A DNA stretch of 64,000 nt from Ascidiella aspersa (GCA_963924565.1 OZ004610.1:5456001-5520000); one strand, 5' to 3'; shown: positions 52,501-63,906, numbered from the stretch's first letter. A program made the numbers and translations. The notes: a model not told the origin generated them from the letters alone.

Positions 52501-55500
52501 ATTTGTAAGACCTTTTTAATCAAGAGACTGGTAATGTCTTATTTTGTGGCAAAATATATTTCTCTTATAAATTGCTATGGAACTTATAAATGAATGACTT
52601 TGATTAAGACAGGAAAGTCTTTAGAATATTTGCCATTTTATACTTCTCTACTTTTCTCAGCCAAGCCAAAATATGATACCCTTTAAAGTAATTTTTACGC
52701 CGTCGAATCTTAACTAATAGGATAGCTGTTGTACAAGTGTGAACAAGTGTTTCGCGGCGTGCGTTTCGAGTTGAAGTAAAGTGTTTTGGCAAAAGTAAAA
52801 TGTACAAAGGAAAATGTCTAATATTAATAATTATTTGGTATAAAAGAGTTTCAACCGAACCGGTAATTGTTTTTTGTCTTCTGTTGAATATTTGTAATGG
52901 TTCAATATATAGCGCAGTTTACACGAATACATGATAATGTTGCAATTCAGTATATCAGGGAATAAGCGGTTTAAAAAAAAGTCGTGCCTTGACTTACTGA
53001 ACAATATTTTCAATTTAAAATTGTAATAGACTTACCTAAGTCTTTCAATCTACTTTATTCCAATCTGAGGCGTGTAATTCCTAAAGTGTAAAATTCACGC
53101 GTTCGAGCATCACTGAGAAATACTTTTGACTTGAACCCTAAAGTAATGTTAACACTTTTCTGTCCAGGGCGACCACGGACCAACAGGAGAGAGTGGAGAA
53201 ACCGGACCGGAGGGTATCCAGGGCGAACCCGGCCCACCTGGCCAACCCGGCCCGCGTGGACTGTCTGTGGTCGGTCCCAAGGGCGAAGTGGGACAGCCTG
53301 GACTCGCCGGACTGACCGGTAGGTGTCACTGTTTGAAAATTTTAATAAAATTACCCCATACAGAGTTTCTTAGCTGTGCGTCGTTTAAATTTTTGCAAAT
53401 GACTACGTTTCGTATCTAAATTCAATTGCGGTGATAGCATAAGCTTATTTCATCCCCGGATATTAGTATTCCCTTATATGTGCGTTAATGTTATGAAAAC
53501 TGCAGCAATACACGTCAAACAGCGAATAAAGCTTGACAAACACTGACACAAAAGATCAAAAAGTGTATATGAAAAGCGCATTGCATCTATTTGGGCAAAG
53601 TGTAAAAAAATGTGTTTTTTTACAACCCTATCCATACCTAATGGCTAATGCCCTGTATTTAGTTAACTCATATGTTTTCAAAGGAATCCCAACAGAGTTG
53701 ATCTGGAATTCTATCATTTAAATGTGCAATAAATTTAGGCTTCTTCTCATGGATGACTTGTTCTTCCGTTTTGCTCAATTTTTTCATGATCCCCATGCGC
53801 TTCGCAATAAAACGCATTTATCGACTTGCAGGTGCACCTGGCGCTCCTGGCCCGATCGGCGCCCCTGGAACCGCTGGGGAACCTGGTGAAAATGGAATGA
53901 AGGGAGAGAGGGGCGCAACCGGCTTTAACGGCTTCGACGGCCCGAAAGGACTCGACGGAAAGCCTGTAATTTTATTTCTATTTTACTTAACTTTTTCATT
54001 TAACCTTTTTTTTCTTTCGTTGCCAATCTTGGTTGCACAACGTAGCAGAATAATTGTTTTTAAATAAAAACACTATAAAATAGGTTTAGAAAATAAAAAC
54101 AGCAGAACATATGTCAAACAGATTATTTATTTTACCGTGTATTACATGAGTAAATATATATTTTAAGTAACTTCCATTTTGGTCTTGAGTTACTGTGTTA
54201 TCAGCTAGTTGTACAAAAAATGGTTTTGTTATTTAAGCAATTCTAGAAAAGTTGCGAGAATTGTTTGATTTTTGAAAGGGGTGCAGCAAGGAAAAAGGTT
54301 AAGAACCACTGTTGTAGACTGTATCTTTCTCGATTTTTAAACTTGAGTTTTACTTGTTCTCATTTATCTTAAGTTTTATTGTTCATAGTTGAGGTTACTA
54401 AGGTGACTAAGGTTACTAGCACATAAGTGTGCTGTACAGGGTTGTGATCTACAAGTGTATTATACAGAGTGGGCCAAAAGTAGGCTTACAGTTATAAGAA
54501 GTAGGGTTTGGGTCTAAAAGTAAATTTTTTGTTCTGGGGTTCTTTTCATACATGTTTTTTTACAACACCCCCAAAAAGAAATCCATTGGTGTCAGGTCAG
54601 GTGAGCGAGGTGGCCATTCCATGCTACCTCTTCTTTCAAGCCAAGGTTGTGGAATAACTGTAAGCTTACTTTTGGCCCACTCTGTATAATAAACTTGTAG
54701 ATCACATCCCTGTACAGTACACTTATTAATAGTATCCTTAGTAACCTTATATGTGAAGAATGTATGAATTTAAGCTCTATTAAAGCGTTTAACTTTTAAC
54801 ACGCGTTCGTTCAGGGTCGGGACGGATTCGACGGCCTGCCTGGAGAACCCGGTGACATCGGCGAGTCGGGTCTGACCGGTCTTCCTGGCCGCAACGGCGC
54901 CCCTGGCGAAACTGGAGCAGCAGGGCGCGACGGAATTGTCGGACCTAAAGGAGAAAAAGGTAAAACAATCGCCATTTCTCTTCGCTGTCGTTTGCCCGTG
55001 CGACTTTGCGCTGGCAATTCAACCGCAAAACATATATATTAGCTTACCTTGATATTAAGTCTAAAGCCAAAAAGGTGGACAAAGCACTGTTGGGCTTATT
55101 ATCTAATTAAATTCAAATTTGTGTTTTTTACTCCCCCCTTTAAATGTGCCCCTTTTAAAAATTACCCCCCTCCACTACTTTTTGAAAATATTTTAATTTA
55201 TAGAATTTCAATTTGTAGTAAATGTGAGCAGGAGGAAAGTTTGAGTACCCCCCAAAAATGTAAAAAAACACTTCCCCTAAAAAAAATATTTATATTAAAT
55301 TGTGACGACAAGCATCACTTGTGGGAAGCTTTGAATTACTTCTCAGTCACATTAACTTAAGATGATACAAGTTCGTATCGAAACGTCTTAATTAAGATAC
55401 TGTCGATCTACTCGACTTTTTTGGGCTTTGCAATTCATTATCAAGCTAAATAACAGATCCGTGCATAGCTTACCTGAACTTAACTTATTTATTGTATCAT

Positions 55501-58500
55501 CTTGTTGGATCTATTTCAACAATTTTATGAGAAGTTTTAATTCACATTTATTCTTTCATGGACTATCGTTCATTACAACTTTCCAATAAAGAATACATAT
55601 CTCCGTATCAACGGCATATTAAATATTGTCACGCTCATAACCAAAAGTGCCTTAGCCATTTTTTTCCAGATTTTAGAATGTTTGCTTAAGTCACTCCTTT
55701 TTACCACCCCCATCCATAGAAAAAAGTGCTTAAGTCATTTTTAGGTCATTTCGCATGCGCATGTGCAAAAAATACTTAGGCACTTTTCTATTGATATGAC
55801 CTTCCGTGTACTTAACCACCATATTCATTTCCAGGTATCTCTGGACTTCCCGGTCTCGACGCGAGGCCAATCGTCACAAAGGGTGCAAAGGGTGAAGTTG
55901 GCCTTGTGGGGCCACGTGGGCCAAAGGGCAGCCCCGGCCCGGCCGGACTACCCGGCTTCGCAGGAATGCCCGGTGACTCTGGCGAGCCTGGGTCGGCTGG
56001 ACTGGACGGACTGCCCGGACTCAGTGGGGACCGCGGATCACCTGGACGACAGGGACCAACCGGTGGGTGTAAATCCGTATTTCTATGTGAAATAGCCACA
56101 TCGATGACTTGGTTTGATTTGTGTGGGTTTAATTGCCCTTCACACGGTTATATAGTGGCACCTGATTATCTTACCTTAAACTTTGACTCCCTAGAGGGCA
56201 TTTTTTTCTTTACCAGGGGCCAGTGTTTCTGTGTGAAATAGCCACACCCATGACTTGGTTTGATTTGTGTGGATTTAATTGCCCTTCAAACTGATATGTA
56301 GTGCCACCTGATTATCCTACCTTTTTTGACCCCCTAAAGTGTTTTTTTTCTTTACCAGGGGTAGTGTTTCATTGTGAAATAGCCACACCGATGACTTGGT
56401 TTGATTTGTCTGCGTTTCATTGCCCTTGAAATTTAGATAATTTAAATGCTTATGACAGACGCTAACGCGCGTCAAAGTGTGAACCAACCTAACCATCCTC
56501 CCGTTTCCAGGCAACAGAGGACCATCGGGCGAAGACGGCATTCCGGGACGCGACGGTCTTCCAGGAGAGGCAGGATCATCTTCCCTCTTCCACGGATACT
56601 TCGTTACGAGGCACAGCCAGACGACTTCGGTGCCCGACTGTCCGCTCGGCATGCGTCGTATGTGGAGCGGTTATTCGCTGCTCTTCATTCAAGGCAATGA
56701 GCGCGGACACGGACAGGATTTGGGTGAGTAGATATGCCTTGGCTGCTGCTGATTTTTCTTTGTATTTAATGACGTTGGCCAACTAAAAAGTTTCCGCATT
56801 TTTTTTTATTTCGTTGAACTAGTAGCAATGAATATCGCAGCTACGTGACAAAGCAATGCAGAGTTCGAAAAAAATTGTAATATCATTTTAAAATCCCACT
56901 AATTTTAAATTCAAGTTTTTATTTATCATTTTTTTATAACCTTTAAAGTGTATATAATTCTGTCTTTTCGGAAAATTAATTTTCGATATTTTATTTATCG
57001 TCAATTGCCTCCTATAGCCCATGAAAAAAATGCCTCCTACAGCCCATTTAAGTGGTATGAAAACCATTTTTGTTAGTTTGTTTTTTCAAGTTGTTTTTAG
57101 TTGGTTAGTTCGGAATCTATCAAATTATTATTTACCATATCAAAACATAAATGCCAGAATTTTGTCACGGTCTCACAACACTTTGTGTAAACACCTGTTC
57201 AACATCAATGCTAAACTAAAAATAATATCTGGCATTTTATTAACTACTGAGTTCAACATATTTTCAACCTAGCTATAACATAACCAGAATATTATATAAT
57301 TGCTTGCGTGTTACTCCAGGAACCGCCGGGTCTTGTCTTCGCCGCTTCAGCACAATGCCTTTCCTCTTCTGCAACGTGAACAACAACTGTCGCGTGGCTT
57401 CCAGGAACGACTACTCATACTGGCTTTCCACGCCAGAACCCTTCCCCATGTCCATGGAAGCCGTAACAGGTAAACAAGTCATAAACTATACATATACACC
57501 TAGCGTGGCTTGAAAATTTGCCAGTTTAGGAAAATTCAGACCACCGAGTCCAACTGCGGCTAAAAAAATAAACCCGAGTCCCGAATCAACTCCTGTATTC
57601 CGCCAGTTTACGTATCTAAATACTGTGGATATTGAGCAATCCACTCAGAGGGGTCAGTACAGTATATTAGTTACCCACTTACAATACTTGATTGGAAACT
57701 AACCACCGTATGCTATTCCGCCTTTAAAATTTACATTTGTCGAGTCCCATATCCCGAGTCCGACTCCGCAGCTGCTTGAAACGGCAAATCCCAACAAACC
57801 GCAAGTTCCTTGTTAACCGTAATGTTCCTCGTATTACCAGGTGCCAACATCGAGCCGTACATCAGTCGTTGTTCGGTGTGCGAGACTCCGTCGCTGACCA
57901 TTGCTGTCCACTCCCAGTCCGACATCGTACCTAACTGTCCGGAGAGCTGGACAAGTCTCTGGATCGGATACAGCTTCGTCATGGTGAGAAGTTGTATTTT
58001 TTGGTGGACGACTTGGATGAGTGGTTTTCTTATTGACATTTCGCTTGGAAAAACAGCTGTTGAGTGTTTGGTCCAGGATAGCAAGTTGAAATCGTAAAGC
58101 ACAAGTCTATGTGTAAAACAATTTTTCAGAAAATGATTCCTAAAAGGTCTTTATATTACTTAATAAATACTATAGTGGTGCATCGAGTTTCACATGAAAA
58201 AAAACCGCTGGTTGTAAGTTTAAATTGCGGTACAACCAATTGAAAAAATTCTAATCCAATTTGTTAATTGCTTGTGTGCTCTAATTCTAGTTTTAATCTA
58301 GTTCAGATTTTATCAAAAATGATACTTTAGGCCTACGCTATGCTAAAACGTATAAAAACAATCACAAAAATATTTGCCATTTAAATTCCTAGAATAATAA
58401 ATTCCTTTTTAAACTTGATTAATTATGAATAGTTAAATGTAATTCTAGTTTAAATTCTAATTGATATTCTCGTGTTTAACAACTGATTTGAGTAAATGTG

Positions 58501-59693
58501 AATGATATAATTCTAATTTTAATCTAATTTGAAAAAAAAAGATAAAACAAATCTAGTTGTTCAAGTCTGTAAGGAACCGCGTTCTCACGATCCATTTGTT
58601 CCGTCTTCTAACTCCTTAAATTTCCCCTTACGCAGCACACCGGAGCCGGAGCAGAGGGAAGCGGACAGTCGCTCCAATCTCCCGGATCCTGCCTTGAGGA
58701 CTTCAGGGCCGGACCGTTCCTGGAGTGCCACGGACGCGGGACTTGCAACCAGTACGCCAACGGCTACAGTTTCTGGCTGGCCACCATCGGACGCGACAAC
58801 CAGTTTGCGTGAGTAGACCTTTGCTGGTTAAGTTTTTTTTTTTTTTACTAAGTTTGTTTCCTTAAATATCCGTTTACGGTTATTACTGCTTGTGACGCCG
58901 ACTGGAGATGTTCGCTACTTGACGTTTTATTTCGATAGCCAATATTTTTAACGAGAAAAGTATCGCGATTGTGGCAGTATCGGTTCTCGTCCGATACTTA
59001 GTGGTATCGGTGCCGATCCGATATCAAATTAATATTGTTTTTAGCTGTGACTTCCAAACCAACGCAGCAAGTTTTACCTTAAAATGTAAATTTAATAAAA
59101 AAAATAGTAGGGAAAAAATTTTAACCCAATTTATTTAGTAGGGTAAAAATTTTAACCCAATTTAATTTATTATCAATAAACTTAATTTTTGCGTAATAAT
59201 CTGGAAAAATTACCTTCAAGTGTTACAAAATGTCATCTATTTTCCTTGTTTGAGGATTGTAATGACGTCATTTAGTATCGGATCGCGATATTTTATCTTT
59301 TTGATAAAAAAATGGGTATCAGTATCGAAATGAAATGTCAAGTATTGAACATCCCTAGTGGTAAAGGTTGATCTGCAACTACACTTTTACTTCATGCACA
59401 AAACGGCACGGACCCCCGTTACAAACCCTAACTAACCCGTGTGTTTCGATCGCAGCAACCCCAGATCGGAGACTCTCAAGGCGGGAACCCTTCGTCAGCG
59501 CATCAGTCGTTGTCAGGTTTGCATGAGGAGCGACCACGACGTCGGACCAGGTGCCGCGACGCCAACTAGACCCCGAACTGACGGCGATCGCTTCGACCTT
59601 AACCGCAGGAGATCGGCCGACGACAGCCGCAGAAGCCATCACCACGGCCGTGGCCACCACGTCGGACCCCAAATGGCCGCCAGTCAGCGGTGA
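22461..59693 (+). CDS. COL4A1: Collagen type IV alpha-1-like chain, complete. Exons: 22461-22541, 27023-27097, 27173-27262, 27343-27387, 27552-27596, 27669-27731, 27979-28059, 28195-28272, 28553-28615, 28748-28783, 28866-28907, 29866-29943, 30802-30882, 31555-31629, 32183-32209, 32283-32336, 33619-33681, 33763-33810, 34223-34330, 36166-36379, 36932-37204, 37860-38047, 38841-38989, 40598-40806, 41585-41695, 42257-42459, 43236-43386, 44156-44269, 44599-44829, 45544-45726, 47183-47335, 48076-48248, 49148-49355, 49870-50054, 53168-53318, 53832-53965, 54815-54959, 55835-56062, 56511-56723, 57320-57469, 57841-57983, 58636-58808, 59456-59693
   Basis: All junctions are GT-AG and phase-consistent, totalling 5553 nt. 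The product has the signal peptide [47 protein letters not shown], a CxxC interruption (ECGVC), and an alpha1-type NC1 ([50 protein letters not shown]). Confidence 0.96.
22965..23545. repeat. Diverged tandem repeat, about 140-150 bp x4
   Basis: aaaatacc...tgttg..tttttgttgtg...aaggctgtc recurs at about 22968, 23109, 23259 and 23410. Confidence 0.75.
23568..24350 (+). CDS. Intronless orphan ORF (up to 260 aa) nested in COL4A1 intron 1
   Basis: Longest ORF in the window, with globular-like composition in its C-terminal ~170 aa. There is an ATG in good context at 23877, and it resembles decayed copies at 20480-20970 and 24605-25315. Confidence 0.45.
   Translation: MRKPLARLATAINEIPTMLARTLRVRFTGRRERAAKISRPSNRVKRRTRTTCLDFYRPHHQRVCQVASAITHLDKSRTRNPRIVNFPLLPSFDVRRRLATRPPMAGYLFTTPYNVVENSFASYCDCYMERLRKMPSEDYKPSRIARPAVLRITPWLLGYLGQVILVTYVASYRAEHLEWPLSLTLRHTDGGYEFFTAAKAAASFWLVCHFDSCAIIGMQEVEVNRGRRKPANAWLLSPQVYPPRLTQDNRRDLNIVYAQL
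24605..25315 (+). pseudogene. Decayed paralog of the 23568-24350 ORF
   Basis: Colinear motifs across stops and frameshifts: VRRIGPCL ~ [21 protein letters not shown] ~ [24 protein letters not shown] ~ [18 protein letters not shown] ~ NRGRRK. Confidence 0.5.
29302..29751. mobile_element. hAT-like MITE
   Basis: TIR CAGGGCTGCGGAGTCGG and perfect 8-bp TSD CTACGAAT; a decayed relative lies at about 57535-57775. Confidence 0.9.
29866..29943 (+). CDS. COL4A1: COL4A1-like candidate alternative exon A ([26 protein letters not shown])
   Basis: aag|GGC...CTC|gtgggt, 78 bp, phase 0/0; weak acceptor. Confidence 0.6.
30802..30882 (+). CDS. COL4A1: COL4A1-like candidate alternative exon B ([27 protein letters not shown])
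   Basis: tag|GGA...ACC|gtaagt, 81 bp, phase 0/0. Confidence 0.75.
31555..31629 (+). CDS. COL4A1: COL4A1-like candidate alternative exon C ([25 protein letters not shown])
   Basis: ttag|GGG...GCC|gtgagt, 75 bp, phase 0/0. Confidence 0.75.
32409..33279. mobile_element. Outer hAT-like MITE
   Basis: Ends AGTGGTTCCCAAAC / GTTTAGGAACCACTG. Confidence 0.75.
32439..32837. mobile_element. hAT-like MITE nested in another MITE
   Basis: TIR CAGTGACGTAGCCAG / CTGGCTACGCCTATG and perfect 8-bp TSD TTCCGTGG. Confidence 0.85.
33982..34130. repeat. Minisatellite, about 25 bp x6
   Basis: ttactgtgctcaactttttt units. Confidence 0.75.
34828..34869 (+). ncRNA. Minimal hammerhead motif (family 1)
   Basis: ATTAA-CTGATGA-T-GATAC aagttc GTATT-GAAAC-GTT-TTAAT. 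Confidence 0.65.
35289..35903. mobile_element. GACTT-rich MITE family; other copies at about 3369-4002, 4315-4745, 30177-30520, 47745-48050, 51175-51540
   Basis: TIR CAGTGTTGTAA / TTACAACAC(T/C)G with many internal TGACTTGACTT units. Confidence 0.75.
35956..36071. ncRNA. Back-to-back inverted pair of family 2 hammerhead motifs
   Basis: Consensus TGCC-CTGAAGA-A-GATTGCC..GGTGGTC-GAAAC-GTT-GGCA; the minus copy has GAAA>AAAA and the plus copy has CTGA>CAGA. Confidence 0.6.
37362..37535. repeat. Palindromic dispersed repeat carrying a U3-A8 hammerhead-like motif (family 4); other copies at about 27815-27960, 39855-39915, 48410-48525, 62940-63040
   Basis: Inverted arms around TTGAAAA-T-GAATAG ggcg TTATTC-GAAAC-GTC (37427-37458). 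Confidence 0.6.
40110..40559. mobile_element. MITE
   Basis: TIR TAGGGATGTTCAAAGTAGAAT / ATTCTGCTTTGAACATCCCTA. Confidence 0.75.
41333..41550. repeat. Inverted pair of the SINE-like tail sequence
   Basis: ...cagactcaccgaatctgtcga...tgcaagca / tgcttgca...tcgacagattcggtgag...; matches 50735-50813. Confidence 0.65.
44965..45097. repeat. Minisatellite, about 28 bp x5
   Basis: aaagtcattt(t/c)aaatcgataa units. Confidence 0.75.
45826..46117. mobile_element. Harbinger/PIF-like MITE nested in a hAT-like MITE
   Basis: 23-bp perfect TIR GGCCCGTTTACACTACAGCTGCA; internal repeats of ctgcac.gggcttgagtttagcaaagcgt. Confidence 0.8.
50526..50599 (+). mobile_element. tRNA-derived (SINE-like) head, copy 1
   Basis: A box TAGCTCAGTTGG, B box GTTCGAACC, and acceptor and D stems pair; the anticodon loop is non-canonical. 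Confidence 0.65.
50664..50813 (+). mobile_element. tRNA-derived (SINE-like) head, copy 2, with 3' tail
   Basis: Tandem duplicate with a ~138-bp period; stem CGGTC/GACCG, loop CCGGTTT; the tail matches 41333-41550. Confidence 0.65.
54400..54750. mobile_element. Long-inverted-repeat (~95 bp arms) Tc1/mariner-like foldback MITE
   Basis: tacagggttgtgatctacaagt...TACAGAGTGGGCCAAAAGTAGGCTTACAGTTAT and its reverse complement at 54655-54750. Confidence 0.75.
55351..55392 (+). ncRNA. Hammerhead motif (family 1), core mutated at G5
   Basis: ATTAA-CTTAAGA-T-GATAC aagttc GTATC-GAAAC-GTC-TTAAT; a further decayed copy lies at 15040-15078. Confidence 0.5.
56080..56440. repeat. Tandem repeat, about 145 bp x2.5
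   Basis: gtgaaatagccaca..atgacttggtttgatttgt at 56087, 56233 and 56374. Confidence 0.85.
56511..59693 (+). CDS. COL4A1: COL4A1-like NC1 domain exons (last five exons) plus C-terminal extension
   Basis: Two C4 repeats with the conserved Cys pattern; the sulfilimine-forming Met (PMSM) and Lys (TLKAG) are retained. Confidence 0.96.
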
Positions 59694-60654
59694 GGGTCTC
59701 CCCCTTATGACGTCACGGAAGCCACCCCCTGGCGTCGCGCGCTTTTCGCGCAAACTCCCTCTCTCTCTGTTTTATGAACCATGTTTCTGAACTTTAAAAC
59801 TGGATGTGCGGCTTGATCAGAAAAACAAAATCGCTTTTATGCTGATCGCGGCGGTTTTTGTTGTTCTGCGTGCGCGCCTTCGTTTTCTTGCAGTTTATTA
59901 TTTAAGTAACGCCCGCCCTTTCGTCACGGTTCTATAGCAGCAGTGCGGTCGCATGTGCGCCGACTGTCCTGTCGTTGTTCGCTACTGCTGCTGTCTTCGT
60001 TGTGCTTGTCCTTGTCGTCTTTTGTTTGTGTTCTTTTTCGCCCGGTGCCAATTGCAGTCGTGTAGCATTTTATTACTTATAGGAGCGCGTTTGTCGGTCT
60101 GTGTGTGTTTGTTTTTGCCGCCTTCTTTTTAGCTTCTCTTTTGCCCCCCTTCGCGCACACATACCCATCTATCAAGCCTTTTGTTTCGCGCATCAGCATA
60201 ACGTTTTTTTTTCATTCTACAGTATATGCGTTAAATACTATACACGCGTAAAATCCAAACGCTAGATAAATACCCGAGTCACAATTCATGCCACGATTGA
60301 TTAGAGTTATCACAAGCACGCAATTGAAATTCAAACTAGTTTTCATCTCACATTCGGCTCCAGTTTCTTTCTTCGGCCTTTTTTTTGCTTTTTTGACATC
60401 GAAGACGTTTAATGTGTTATGTAGCTTTCGCACTTTCTCTTTTTCTGTCCCCCGTTTCTCTAATCCCGTCTATTAATTTGCCCTTGCGGTTCTTTCTACT
60501 ACATCTTAGATAATGCAGCATATTTGTGTTAACACGATAACACCACCGTTACCTACATAAGCCACGTAGTCGCAAATGCTTTTAGTTGTAGATAACTAAC
60601 GAATCAGAATTACCGAAATTTCCAGCCCAACAAGTTTAGTACAAGTAACCTTTC

Positions 60655-60660
60655 AATAAA
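60655..60660 (+). other. Candidate polyadenylation signal of COL4A1-like gene
   Basis: First AATAAA noticed after the stop codon (about 960 nt 3'UTR); another occurs at 61201. Confidence 0.3.
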
Positions 60661-63218
60661 TTAATAGAAAGAAGCTTTTGTAGTTAACTAACATCTACTA
60701 ACATCAAAGTCCTGTCGCCCAAAGTTCTACACCTTACTAAACCAAGCTTTTTTCCTTTACGACGCAGTGTTTCTTTTATGCAAGTCGCGTTGCAGACGTG
60801 ACGGTGTAACTCTTCCACAGCCCTTACAACCATACGCGAGAAATTGACTCCGCTCGTAAATAATAACTTTACTAACCAAAAATGTTTTGCCCAACGCTTT
60901 GGTTCGCCAAGCGTCGGGCTTAGGTCGTCATTACAGCCCAAACGCAGTATTATCTCAAGTATCGGGCACCCACACTTGCTGTACAGTATCGAGCTTGTCC
61001 CGTGTCTGATTGTCGTCGATTAACAAGTAACAGCAGTATACACTCTATATTTTCCAAATAATTCTAAAATTCCGTCATTGATATTTTATTAAGCAAAATG
61101 TTCATCGGATGCTAAACTAAGTTAATTTTATTGAATTTTTTAACTAAACGGTAATTTATATAGCGGAGCACTTTCAGAAGTAAGGAATCTCCCGCCAGAC
61201 AATAAAATATAAAAGAAAGATTCTTGCTATCAATTAACATTACGATAAGACTTTGGAACACAATATACTCCAAAGTTTGTATATTGCACGAAGTGAACGT
61301 CTCTCATCTTGAAAACAGATTTTCAACGAGGCTAGAAAGACAATCAAATAAATTCACAGTTGGTCCATGTTTGTGTCTCTTGGCCTGTCGGTGACTTTTT
61401 TTCGAAAAACTGCTCGTATTGCTTTTTGCGACCTGTTTGAAATCGCCATTTTTTCACTGCTTGCGACGAACGACGCCTTACCCATATATATTTACTCACC
61501 ATTTGCTGCACCGGCAGCTATTGTGCCCTTTACAACTAGCCTACATTATATCTTCGTAAGGAATATACGATGCAGCATTGAAACTCGTAAATAAACTTTT
61601 ACAATACCAAACGGCACGGGTGTACTTTTGTGCAAGTTCAGGAGGTATATGGTCAATAGAATTCGTAATTATCGCTCTAATTCCCAAAACTACATTTTAG
61701 TAACAATTGATTGGAAACTGGGACTTAAAAGTCAATACAAAAACTCTTCACAATACCAGTTAAACGGGTTAAATTACACTAAGCGCTGTCAAAAAGTGTA
61801 TTTAACAACAGAGTATATTAACGTCCTCCTCAGGATAACAGTGTCAATATAGTTTTACTTAATAGCTATACAATTTTATCTCAATAAAGTTTAGCATATT
61901 TTATCTAAGAAGACATAATATATTACAAATTTAAAACCGATATAGTTGCATCTCACGTGTAGCCCATACTAAACAACCGACGGTAGATAAATGCCCGTTT
62001 TGAAATGACAAATCAGAGTCAGTCTTATTAGCAAAAAATGTAATTAGGTTAACCGTTTTTGTAAACATTTTAGTTGGGATTTTTATTAAATACTAGCAAT
62101 CAGTAACCTAAATGAAAGTAAATGATTTTTTAACTACATTTTAATGGATAAAAAGATAGTTTCTGACTTAAGGTAGGCTACTTTATGTTGATGAATCATC
62201 GACACTTAAGCGAAACAGCTATGGTGTGTTTATAAAAGTTCAAAATTAAAAAACAAAGCAAACAAACATTGATCTTCTGAAAAACGCTTTTTATAAAGAT
62301 ATTGTTTGAAAACCGTGACTGTAACACTCCAACTGAACTTCAGCCTTAGCCTACACATTGTTGTTTTAGCGAACGGGTTTCCCCGTTTGCAAAAAAAGAA
62401 ACTGCTCTTGTTTTTTTAAAACGCCGCCATGTTTTCCTGCAAGTTTTAACATAAAACACTCCGCCAATACCAACAGAAAGCGATTAGGGGCCGCGCGCAA
62501 ACTAATTAATTAAGCCGCCCGTATACCTCTAGACTTGACGGCACAACCTTGCGCTGTGCAGTCTCAGCGAACGAAATTGATCGCGCTTAATTGCCACTGT
62601 CGCTAACGATTTCTGGCCTTTTAACTCGATTAACTTGCACCCTAAATCGCTGCAGTCAGGTTTCACTTCACTTCAGCAATCGATTTTTCTTATACCCGAC
62701 CCTTTGCACGCCCCGAAGTCAATTTGTTGATCCCGAAGGTCCACTTTGCGCGGATCGAGCGATCTCGGTGGAACTTTCGATCAAAGGATAGTTGATCCTG
62801 CTGGCAAAAACAAAAACGACCGGCTGGAAAGCATTGCGCGATAGAATGTACGAGAAGAAAATCATGTCACATTGTTTTTGTTTGTCAAGGGTATTTGAGT
62901 TGAAAGAGGAACGTTTTGAATAAATCTTCAAATAATGTCCGGAGGTTGTAGTTAGACGTAGAATGAATATTAACGCCAACTCAGTATAAGGTATCATTTT
63001 GTAAACGCTTTGAATGAGTAAATATTAATTTTTAACATCGGTATATTTGATTTGAATAAAGAATTAATAGAAATATTTGGAAGAAAAGTATTTCTAAAAA
63101 TTGGATTTTAACACGCCGGCTTTTATAATATAGGCTACTTACAAACGTCGTTTTTTCTAGTATACACATTTTGTCTGATTTGAGTTGCTGATTGTCTTGT
63201 TATTCAATGGCTGAATGC

Positions 63219-63380
63219 AGGTTTTTTTTAAGGTTTGGTTTGGGTGACCGCTAAGTAGTTTTAAAGAGACCGCAAGTGTTTCATTTAAATACCAAAAAGT
63301 TGCAAGTCCAAAATTTGGGAAACCGCTGGAGAAATTTGGGGGACCGTTTCAGTAACCCAAAACACCTTAAAAAAACACTG
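63219..63380. mobile_element. Short MITE (full-length copy of the 128-268 family)
   Basis: CAGGTTTTTTTTAAGG...CCTTAAAAAAACACTG. Confidence 0.8.
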
Positions 63381-63840
63381 GCTGTATGATTTCATACGAT
63401 ACGTTTGTATAATAGGAGTATAGTCTGGGACATACCGTAAAAACTAAATCGCTATATCTTTTGTGGGCAACACGTCGCTAAACACTTTTTAATGTGTAAG
63501 CAAACACACTTATCTTTATTCTACACTTCTGAGTCCTAGTTCGTTTTTTTCTAGAAAAATATAGAATTCAAGTAATAGGTTTAAAAAATATTATATTTTT
63601 TATAAACACATTTTAGTGTGAGGTTGAAAAACGTCTTTGGAACTTCTAAACATGGGTTTTTGTCATGTTTAGAAAAAGGAAAAGATGTTAGATTTAATCG
63701 CTGTTATAATAATTATTACGACACGGTTGAGAATTGTTGTTAAAAGATAAACAAAGTAGGCTTAACTATTTACGGATCTGTAATGTAGCTTGATAATGAA
63801 TTGCAGAGCCAACCAGGTCGAGTAGATCGACATCATCTTG

Positions 63841-63882
63841 ATTAAGACGTTTCGATACGAACTTCTATCATCTTCAGTTAAT
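63841..63882 (-). ncRNA. Minimal type-I hammerhead ribozyme motif (family 1)
   Basis: ATTAA-CTGAAGA-T-GATAG aagttc GTATC-GAAAC-GTC-TTAAT: 5-bp stem I, 4-bp stem II, intact core, GUC triplet. Confidence 0.75.
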
Positions 63883-63906
63883 GTGACGGGCATTCACTGA
63901 GTCATC

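Noticed and set aside
42135-56099. Pro/Gly-rich minus-strand ORFs (e.g. 42135-42497, 49862-50164, 55812-56099)
   Set aside because: They are antisense shadows of Gly-X-Y collagen exons.
128-63380. Inverted near-identical repeats at both window ends as TIRs of a giant transposon
   Set aside because: Each is a complete short MITE with its own TIRs, and the left one sits in a COL4A2 intron.
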